Shown: piece by piece, positions 54,410 through 64,000 of the stretch
How the letters are laid out: each line of letters starts with the position of its first letter
Numbering within the stretch: position 1 is the first letter of the stretch
NCBI RefSeq assembly: GCF_018350175.1
Contig: NC_058382.1
Span: 59,584,001 to 59,648,000 of the forward strand
Direction of reading: 5' to 3'
DNA from: Felis catus
Taxonomy: Eukaryota
DNA length: 64,000 bases
Program-made: the position numbers and the translations under genes
Notes under the pieces: generated by a model
What the model was told of the DNA's origin: nothing
What the model saw: only the letters and a program-made list of their open reading frames with translations
Database searches by the model: none

Positions 54410-57400
54410 GAAACATTTTTTTTTAATTTTTATTTTCAGTACATTAAATTTACTCATAAAAACATTCTAAAAATGTACAATTTTTCCTTTTTAACAAAGT
54501 ATAATAAAACATAAAAACTTCAAAAACAGAATACTTAACATTTACAATTCAAAATCAAATTAGCAGAATATTAAATATTTACAAAACTATATCTTTTAAA
54601 AATATTTATAAAGTTACATGCAATTTGTAGAATTGACATAAAAGAATGGCTCAAAAATGGGAGAATTTTCCTTCATTCCTAAAAAGAAAATCTGTCCAAT
54701 ATAAGCTGTGAAGATTCTTGAGTACACGAAGTCTTCGGTTTCAGTACCAAAGCCTTCATCCTTGTGCATGTGAGAACTTAATGCATGTGAGGGGCTTGTT
54801 ACGATACCCGGGACTCACTGAGGACACTGATGACGCACTGAGCTCCCCTCCACCTGGAATGGCGTAGCAAAGTCGACCTTGGGCCTCAACCAGCAAGTGT
54901 GTGGTTTCGAGAGTACTGATTAAAGACTTTTTCATTCAGAACCTCGGGACTTTGCAAATTGAGCCTCTTCAGAACCCATGGTTTTAAACGTCACCTGACT
55001 CATTCTTTGGGGAGTCGTCTGCACTGTGGAAAGGAGGTCCGCCCGCTCAGGTTCCACAGGCCCGTCCTCTGGGAAAGACACGGCTTCCCTTAACCATCCT
55101 TAAGATTCAATTCGTACGCCATCAGTAACCAGTATGTAAAACTAGCAAGGCATCAAATAACCCACCACAGAAGCCGGAAGAGTACAAAATGACAAGGAGT
55201 GAGGAGGGTGCAACCTGATTCCACTGGGCGAGCGCTCTCCAGGGACACTGGAGTGGGCCCAGAGCAAGCCTCTCGGTCAGATCCCGATTGATCAGATCTG
55301 CCGGTGCTCCCACCGGGCCACGTGTGTGACGCTGGGCTGAGCTGCCGCCCCGCACCTCCACACACAGCGTAGTGCAAACTAGCTACAGTGACTTCTAAAT
55401 AGTGAATTAAAACACCGAACCTACTAGCTACCATATTCACAAGCTGACTCCTGTGATCTTCTGGAGATTATAGATGATGCTGGTTGGTTGCTTTTTTCAA
55501 AATACCCAATCACGTACCTGCTTTGAAGAAAATAATTTTGTCTTTATTTTAAGTGCTAGCTCCCATTTCCTCAGTGCTCTTTAGCAATTACGAGTTTTAA
55601 CATTTAAACACTTTCCAATTTTCAGTACTTTTGAAATAAAAGTTAGAAAAGAAGGTAGAAAATTGGACGTTTGGCTAAAAAAAAATTTTAAATAGTTGTT
55701 TTACCTCGACATTGTATTCTACTTCAATCTGTACATTCCACTTCCCCCATTCTTGAAGACAAAAAAATGGGGTGAGAAACTTTGATATACGATAGACCAC
55801 ACACAGCCAAGTGGCCATGCCACACCTACCTGGTTGCTACAGCATTTGGAAACTGAGCCCATGGTTTCACGAAAATGACTACGTAGTTGAAAGGGTCAGT
55901 CGGATCTGTGTTTCTAAGAAGATGAGGACATCTGAGGAAATGCAAAACGCTCTTTAGGCTTAACGACTTTGGTTGCTTTTGGAGAGAAATTCATCGGAGA
56001 TAATACTGCCAGCAAACATTCCCAAGTCCAAGTATGGAAATTCACTTGGGGAGAGATCGCACAGATCGGCAGCTGAATGCTTTATGTCCCGTGTATGTCA
56101 CATTTACGTTTCACAATTCTCACCTTGGAATGGCCTCACTGGAGACATCACACCGCACATGCACTTCCAAAGACAACTGGGGATTTTTCTAAGACCTTTG
56201 ATGACTGGAACACAGCCGCACAATGTCTGGACTCGTTTACCTCAATTTGAATGTCATACTTCAAATCAAAGATCTTGTTTCAACTTCTTGTTATATGGAA
56301 CGCTAACTTCTAATATTTATCAAAATAGTCCTAAGGGTAACAACAGACACTTTCATTCCCCAATACTGACCACTAAAACAAAAACCCTAAATATGATTTT
56401 TTTTCCTCTTGTTATGAGACAGTTTTCAACAATTTCACCGTGTTGAAATAGGATTTATTTAAAATATTTCTTTTTTTTTTTAAAAAAACCAAAAAATTTA
56501 AAAGTTTGGCTTTCAGCACATGTCCAGGCCACCATAACGGCCTTCAGAAATATTAAAATCGTAAACATCAGTGGACACTCCCAAGTCTTCCTCTAACATC
56601 ATATGACAAGTTCCAGGCTCGTACTCTTTAAGGCAAAGTTGTGTCAGTTCTCGTTATTTTGACATTTTGTAGTGTTTACAATTAAGAGATCAATGTCACA
56701 TTCCCCCAAAAAAGTTGCCGTAAGCATCACCATTGCTTCAAAACCGTACGTAATACTGTGCACTGGGAAGAGAGACGCGTACAGAGGTCTGTCCATTCTG
56801 CATTGCATAGAAATGAAACTCTACTAAAATAAAACGCTAAAAAACTACTAAAAGCCTTTCATTAAAAAATGTAACAACTCTGCTTTAGTTTCTCTGCAGC
56901 CAGGAAACGGATCATAAAATTTGAAGCCTCACATCACAGTGCCTCAAATTCTAGGGTATTCTTTTGATTTACACCAATTCGGCATGAGGCTGATTGTCCC
57001 ATTTTAAGAACGGTCTGAGTATTATGATTTTTTTTTTTTTTTAATACGTACTCCACTGCAAAATCCCTGGGCAAGGCCTAACCAATCAGTATTTTAATAT
57101 GGAAGGCTTTAGTGTTTAAAGTAATATTGTTATTTGAGCAGAAAACTCCCTTTAGCTTTGAAGATTTAAGTCCCTACATTTCAGACCAAGCAACTTTCAT
57201 TGCAATGGGGTGACACCGAGAGCTGTGTGGGGAGGATTTCTTTCCCACGTTGGATAAAACCACACTTGTGCAGATCTTGTGGCTCTGTCCTGTTGGTGCG
57301 GCCTCTTTCAGAGTCTTACCACTTTCTATTGTAGTTTTCCAGGTAACTTCTCACGGAACTAACCATTAATACACAGCCTAATACAAAAGAAGTGGACAGG

Positions 57401-58476
57401 AGAACGTTTCGAATCTTTTGCTCCTAAGTTACAGGACTGTATCATTGTTGAAATGTCTGTCTCCAGTGTGAATCCGTTAGCAGTCAGCCTTGGGGGCCTC
57501 GGGAGATCCGTGTGACATAAAAGAACTTGCCAACTTTGCTAAGGGTGTCGTAGCGTCCCTCGGAGCCAGCCCACGAAGGCCGAGCGGTTACCATGTCCCT
57601 GCGAGAGCTCCGTCGCGGTGGGAGACGACCAAGACTCCACGCTACTGACGGGCTGGGGAGGAAGGATTCTCAAAGCTCTGACAACTAGGGATTCTCTGGG
57701 ACTTGGACCCTTAAGATATTAAGTTGTTGCGAGTAACTATTTCTATTTAATAACGTAGTTTAAATGTATTCGCAAAAAAAAAAAAAAAAAGGAAAAGAAA
57801 AACCTGAAACTGCTGCAAGTGTTTTAAGAAGGGAAGGAGACGCTGACATCTTTGTCGTGTACCAAGTCACGCGGCCTGCTGGTGCCAACTCCTTAAACGC
57901 AGATTCTCCGAGTGTCTTGCACTGACTGGTCTCAGGGAGTCTGTCTCCCAAAACCGCAGAGACTGGCATCAGTTTACATTCTTCTGTAGTGCAATCCTTA
58001 AAAAGCCCAGAGAGATTAGTGTCTAACCACTCAAGGAACAGAACAAAACAAAAACAGAACAAAACAGAGGCGACATTTTCCCTCACCCAGGGGTGACCAG
58101 AGTCCGACTGGTGGAACGCCACGCAGGGAACTCCGACCCTCAGTACTCGAGTCCGATCTTGCGTAGCTGCCCTGGAATTACATGTGAGCCTGGAAGGACC
58201 GAGGATGGCGATGCTCCTCGGGAGACGGAGGTCTCTGCATCGCGACCACGGTGGAGGCGCCGACCAGGCGAGTCCTGACGTCAAGCTCCAATCTAGGATT
58301 TTGGCAATAAAACTGAGTTTGATGCACTCCTACACTAGGTTTTCTATCCAGTCTAGTAAAGTAAAGCACCTTTGGATTAAAAATATTAAGCTCAACAGCA
58401 ACTAGACTTCTCGGTCTTGTATTTAATTTCCTTATGTCTCCATGGCTTAATAGTGTTCTGTTGCCAGAGGAAAATA
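54410..58476 (-). other. ZCCHC14: ZCCHC14 3' UTR (about 4 kb, end approximate)
   Basis: Repeat-free stretch after the stop, ending in a very U/A-rich block with minus-strand AATAAA at 54429-54434. Other AATAAA hexamers at 55543-55548 and 56454-56459. Confidence 0.7.
54429..54434 (-). terminator. Candidate distal polyadenylation signal of ZCCHC14
   Basis: Plus-strand TTTATT (AATAAA on minus), followed by ATTAAA at 54422-54427. Confidence 0.6.
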
Positions 58477-58532
58477 TCAGTCTGTGGAGTCCAGACTTTC
58501 TGCTGGAGGGGCATATTTCAACCTAAAAGTAC
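58477..58532 (-). CDS. ZCCHC14: ZCCHC14 terminal coding exon
   Basis: ttctag|GT; encodes (G)TFRLKYAPPAESLDSTD*; TGA at 58477-58479. Confidence 0.95.
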
Positions 58533-59099
58533 CTAGAAGTGGGGGGGGGGGAGGGGGGGGGAAAGAGATCAAATTTGAATCACTGCACAGTTAGCACAAA
58601 CAACCAAGCTGTCCAAAGTTCTTTCTGGAGATACTGCTCAAGATGCGGTGCTGGATACCTGGACTACCTCTTCTCCCCACCCCCGAAACTAGACTCTACG
58701 AGTGCATCAGCGCAGACCAGGGGTCCCCTGGCTGGTCACCAGCCCAGTCCTCTGTTGACCAGGAGCCGGGACGGGGGCAGGGGTGGCCTGACCGGCACCA
58801 CAGGCCTAGGACCTGCAGCATCTAGACTCACATGCCACACCCTCGGTTATCAGCTCAACCCTGAATGCCCCCCTCCGTGCTCCCCTCCGCTGCATGGCAG
58901 GAAATCCCACCGGGCCAGACGACCCGTCCCTGGCCAGCTAGGCCCTTCTAGAAGAAGGAGCAGGCTGAAATCAACAGTCTCAAAGACAAAGTAACCCTTC
59001 CAGGGGCTTCACGGCCTATGGAGAATCCCATGCTTCTCCAAAGAGCATTTGAAACATTAGTGTTCGCTTCCAAAAACAAGCCTGCGAGATTCCCTAAGG

Positions 59100-61050
59100 A
59101 GTAAGCCCTCGGGGGCGGCTCAGTCCGCCCCGTGGCCGCCCGCCTTTACCTTGCCGATTGAAGTCCATGGACGGCTGCTTGCAGTCCTGAGCGCGGTGCC
59201 CCGTGGCCCCGCAGTTGTAACACGACAAGTTGCCACTCTTCTTATGGCCCGGGCCGCCGCCGCCGCCGCCGCCGCCGCCACCGCCCACCAGCCCCGGCGC
59301 CTGGTACACGCCCGCCGCGCCCGCCATGAAGCTCTGCACGGGCGGCACGGCGAAGGCTGACTGGCCGCCCAGCACGGGCTCGGGGGGCACGCCGCCGCCA
59401 TAGGGCGAGTGCACCACGGGGAAGGCGCCGCCGCCGTACTGCTGGGCGCCCACGTAGCCGCTGCCGCACACGGGGCTGAAGGGCAGGAAGGGGAAGGGGA
59501 AGACGGACGGCCCCGAGAACGGGTGCTGGAAGTAGTTGGCGTAGCTGACGGTCAGGCCGCTGGAGCCACAGCTGCCGCTGCACCCGCACGACGTGCACAC
59601 GACGCAGCCCGGGGGCGGCGCGGGCGCGGGCTGCTGGGGCGCCGACTGCTGCTGATGGTGGTGGTGGTGGTGGTGGTTCTGGGCGGAGGCGGGAATGTTC
59701 CCGGGGGAGCCGGAGCCGCCGCCGCCGCTGTAGAAACTGCTTTCGGGGGCCGAGGAGAGCGCGGGGCTGGAGCTGGGGGCCGGGCAGCTGGGCACGGTGG
59801 CCATGCTGGCGAAGGACGTGGAGGGGTGGCTGCTGGAGGAGGCAGTGTTGCTGTTCGCACAGAAGCCGCCCTGCAGGGGCCCCACGGGCACACTGCTCAT
59901 CGCAGAGAAGGCAGCTTTGGTGTTGGCGGTGTACAGGGCAGTCCGGGGGTTTATTATTGCAGGGGGCACGCTTATTTGCACGTTATTAGAACAGGGAGTT
60001 TGCCCGGAAATGGCAGAATCCGCGGGGACGGATGAAGACACCAGGAGTTTGATGGGGGGCCGAGCCACGTGGAAGACGGTGCTGGACGTGCCCGCAGCAG
60101 CGGTGCTGGTCTCCCCGCCCGGGGCGGGCTGCGGGGCCGGCTTCAGGACTCTGTCCAGCGCAGACGTGTGCACGACTTTGGCGCGGGGACCAAAGGAGAC
60201 GGTGGGTGACACGGCGCTGCTCTCGGCAAGCGCGGAGAGGACCTGCAGGGGCTGCTGGGGGCCGGGCGTGGGGGCCGCGTCGATCACAGCGTGGCCGAAG
60301 TTCTTGTCCACTTTGATGCCGCCTCTTGGTCCCGAGAGCTTACTCCGTTCTTCGAGAGACAGCAGCGAGTGCACGGAAGGCGGGAGGAGCTTCATGTCCG
60401 CGCCCCCCCTCTCCGACTTGTGCACGGAATTCAGCATCCGGATGGGCGCCAGGTGTGAGGCCGCAGCCATCATCTGGGGGGGCAGGGCGTGGTGGCCCGA
60501 TGGACTGGAGCCCGCCTCGTTCTGCACGGGGAGAACCTGGGCCGTGGGCCTGGCAGAGCTTGAAGGGAAGTGGTTCAGGAGCATGACGGGCTTCTCCTTG
60601 TCCGAGCCCTCCAAGTGAATCTCCACACCTAGAGACGAGGACAGAGCGGTCAGCGCGCCACCCCGGGCCAGCGCAGGGCCAGCAGAGCGCTCGGCACGCC
60701 GGGCGTCCTTACGTCTGTCGTTCTCCTCGGCGCTGTCCGAGCTCTCTTCCCGGGCCTGCACCCCCATCGGGCTGGGCGAGGAGCTGGAGCACTCGGAGGA
60801 GCTGCCTTCCCGGGCCGTCTGGTGAGGGGGCTGCTCCACTTCCACCCGCAGCGCTGCGGAAAAGGGGGGCCCACACGGGTCGCGCCGGCCGGCGGCTATC
60901 ACACCCTCCCCGCCCCACTCGAGGCACACCCGTCGCGCTGCCCCCGTGAGGCGGGTGCCGTCACCCCACTTCAGACAGGACCCTGACGTTCGGAGAACAC
61001 AGACTGCCGAGGGCCCACAGCGAGTTACTCACAGATGTGTGCGTGGGGCC
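59100..61050. other. Intragenic CpG island over the large ZCCHC14 exon
   Basis: High GC and CpG density, especially 59100-59900. Confidence 0.75.
59150..60853 (-). CDS. ZCCHC14: ZCCHC14 large penultimate coding exon (low-complexity region and CCHC zinc knuckle)
   Basis: ttttccgcag|CG...CAAG|gtaaag; 1704 nt, phase 1 to 1; encodes LRVEVEQP...HHHHHHHQQQ...SCYNCGATGHRAQDCKQPSMDFNRQ (CX2CX4HX4C); inside track ORF 59094..60929. Confidence 0.96.
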
Positions 61051-61682
61051 GGGGGCCGCTGTGCCTCCCTACTCAAACGCCTGAGAAGGGAGAAGGGTCC
61101 CCCGGCCACCACGGTGCTACGTTAAGTGAGATCCACAACACCGAGGGACGCCCGACACCCTGTTTTACAAGACCAAGGGACGTGACAACTTTGTAGTCAA
61201 ATAACCACTTAAAAGCCACACAGGCATGTTTTTCTTCTTGGCTGTTACCGTCCATACGAGGGGCGGCCATCACAGGCGTCCTCCACCCCGTCTGAACAGG
61301 TCCCCTGAGAGGGAGGCTGCGGTCAGGCAGGCTGGGCAGTTCGGGCCAAGGACCTAAACATGACCTCTCTGCACCCGCCTGGGGAAGAAGAGTATCTTCA
61401 TCTATTTTGGGGATTTCCTTCTCTTTCCCTCTTGCCAGGTAGCTTCTGGCTCTGCTTCTTTTGCCCCAACACCTTCAGGCGAGCCTCCAGCTTCTAACCC
61501 AAACGTCCCTTCTATTTTCTAGCGGTGGAGACGGTAAAAGCCAAAATAATGAGAAGTAACCGTATAGACTAAAATTATGCAAATGGCAATAGGGTGCGGT
61601 CTGTGATCTAATGATTCTCAAAAGGAAGGGCCCGAGATCTTGCATCACGGCCACCCGTGCCCATCCGTCCGTCCACACCTAC

Positions 61683-61810
61683 CTGCAGCGTGGGCGCCTC
61701 GCACGGTCTGCACGGGACCCACGTGGCTGGTCGGGGGGACGCGAGCCACTCCGCTGCCGGTGACCGGGGGTGGAGCTGCAGGGTTCAGGCACCGTTTCTC
61801 TGACTTCTCC
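61683..61810 (-). CDS. ZCCHC14: ZCCHC14 coding exon
   Basis: cacag|G...GCAG|gtagg; 128 nt; encodes EKSEKRCLNPAAPPPVTGSGVARVPPTSHVGPVQTVRGAHAA; phases match neighbouring exons. Confidence 0.92.
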
Positions 61811-62512
61811 CTGTGTGGCAAGAAAGGGTGCGAGCAAGTGAGCGCTCAGGTCCTCTGCGGAGGAACTGCTTTCGTGCAGATTCCTTACAGGGGTGACTGC
61901 CCCGCACATGTCCCCAGGTGTGGAAAACGAGGCACTGTGGCTGGTCAGATTCACTGCCAAGGGCCTTGCCTGGCACACCAAAACCACATCTGTAGAATTT
62001 TAAATGCATTAATGAAGCTTTGATAAGCAATCAAAATAATCCAATCAATGGCATTTAACTGTAAGTGCTGGTACCTGTTCAGCGTAGAGGCCGCTTTTAG
62101 GAAAACAGGCTTGGGCGATGTAATGTGGATCGAAGACAGCCAGGCCCGGACCCACCCCGAAATACCCACTGGCCCTAACTGACCAGCGTGCTCCTTACAA
62201 CCAGGCACAGTTAGCAAAAATGGGAGAATTCCAGGCGTCGCCATCCTTCCTCATCTTCCGCCTTTAGGAAGAGCCCCCTCCCCTACCGCCTCTTGGCAGA
62301 CAGTCTCTCCTCTGCTGTCCTGCCCCTGCTCCCTGGTGCATTCAGTAGACTTCTAGCTCCTTTGTTCTGCCTCAGGTGAATTCTTTCAACGCCTAGGTTT
62401 CCACCTGATCGTCATCCCACATTTGGGGGCCCCCATCTGATCAGGAGACACCCCCCCCCCCCGTATGTTAGAAATGAAAACAAACACACACATTCTGCAG
62501 CTGCACACTTAC

Positions 62513-62604
62513 TTCTCCAGCTCTAGCTGAGTCTTGAGTTTTTTCTTTGCTCCCATGGTGAGGGATTCAAATTTATTTAGATCTTCCTCAGTAAGGCTCA
62601 GAAA
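62513..62604 (-). CDS. ZCCHC14: ZCCHC14 coding exon (C-terminal part of SAM domain)
   Basis: ggaag|TTT...GAGAA|gtaag; 92 nt; encodes FLSLTEEDLNKFESLTMGAKKKLKTQLELE(K), typical of a Smaug-like SAM domain. Confidence 0.93.
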
Positions 62605-64000
62605 CTTCCATAGAAGAAAGAAATTACAAAGTTATTGAGAATCAACTTTGAAAACAAAGAACCTGAGACATAACCTAATAAATGCATTCTACCAGTAGGA
62701 GAGGTAAATGGATCAAACCTAACTGGACAATGAAAGCCTTGGGAACATGAGGTCACTTGCTAAACGATATGGTGTCCCTTGTTCAAAATACGGAACGGTC
62801 ACTCTACACATGAGGCTCACAGGGCGTGTCCCCCAGGCCCTCCACTCGCCGCCTGCAGAAGCCGGGGCACCTGGAAGGTCCACGACAGGCAAGTAAAGAA
62901 AATGCCCTCAGTTTCCACTTCTACAGAGACTGGACCGGTGGAAGTGTCCCCCTCCTGTCCTGGGATCTACCCCCTCAAATGCAAGCCATTTATTCTCCTG
63001 CGGACAGGGACTATTCTTTTAACAGCGCTTTTGTCTCAAACACCACCACTTTAGGGACAAAGCCACTTTGTCCTGAAGCAAGTGATCCAGAAGAGCAGAG
63101 CAGATGTCATCTGAATCGAATGGCTAGCTAACCGGTGGTCTGACACCAAGAAAACACAACACTCTGGTTCCGTAATGTCACTGGTAATGTTTATGGCTAA
63201 AATTCAACTCCTACAGTGTAACATTTTAAACTGACCATGAGGCAAGGGTGGCAAAATGTGGTTTTCAAGAGTTATGAATCGTAAGCCAAGGGTATTACAA
63301 ATACAGTAAAATCTTGGTTTGTGAGCATAATTCATTCCAGAAACATGCTTGTAATCAAAGTACTCATACCGAAGCGAATTTCCAGAACCAGTGGCTCAGT
63401 TGTGATCATGTGACGTTCAGCATCATGTACAACTCATAGTGCAAGACATTGCTCGTTTATCAAGTTAAAATTTATTAGAAATGTAGGCTCGTCTTGCAAA
63501 ACACTTGCAAACAGGAACAAGTTACTCGCAATCCCAGGTTTTACTGTATACTTAAGAGCCGTCTTTTATTAGGTACTAAAAGCTTGATTTCTAGGTTCAA
63601 TTGAAGATTTTTGGACACATGAAATTTTTACAAAGCTAAAAGCACCGAGTGACTGCACCCAGCAGGGGGAGTCAGTTCAAACACTGCTACAGGCCTCATT
63701 TAGTTTTATCGCCAAGACACCAAGACTTAAGAAACTTCAGAATCTTCTAGAACGAAAAAATGCTCACCAAAATTCTCTATTGTAAAAAACTATCCCTATG
63801 TAGAACTGCTCGAAAGACACAAAACTGATCTATTCCTTTTGGTTCTATGACCCTCAATCGAGCCAGATCATCAGTGGGTTGTTCCCTTGGGTCCAAGCAT
63901 TCGGGACCCCTGTAAAATGGGCCCTTCCTGCACTGGAAGGGAGCGTGCGCACCAGAAATTCCCCATTCCTGCCGATGGCAGGGACGCTGGGGGATACGAT

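Noticed and set aside
59409..60618. 208-aa and 273-aa plus-strand ORFs
   Set aside because: Antisense shadows of the GC-rich ZCCHC14 exon.

Overview
Mammalian genomic DNA, almost certainly from a felid, judged from the dense tRNA-derived Can-SINE/SINEC_Fc elements. It holds the conserved FBXO31 - MAP1LC3B - ZCCHC14 block. On the minus strand are coding exons 1-5 of FBXO31 (ATG at 34090; later exons were not found and probably lie left of the window). On the plus strand is the complete 4-exon MAP1LC3B/LC3B gene (CDS 40036..51197, 125 aa), head-to-head with FBXO31 across about 6 kb. Also on the minus strand are the last four coding exons and the ~4 kb 3' UTR of ZCCHC14, tail-to-tail with MAP1LC3B. 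All exons have GT-AG boundaries and consistent phases. The rest is intron or intergenic sequence with SINEs, L1/L2/MIR fragments, MLT/MER21-type LTRs, microsatellites and three CpG islands. Repeat families were assigned by eye and their boundaries are approximate. I found no convincing new biological system. The best leads are modest: a (GGC)9 poly-Gly tract next to the ZCCHC14 zinc knuckle, three miR-200b/c/429 seed sites in the ZCCHC14 UTR, a 37-bp segment duplicated on both sides of FBXO31 exon 3, a 131-bp tandem duplication, inverted SINE pairs, candidate poison or micro-exons in FBXO31 intron 1, and a motif cluster with a uORF at the LC3B promoter. Comparisons with human proteins are from memory, not from a database search.
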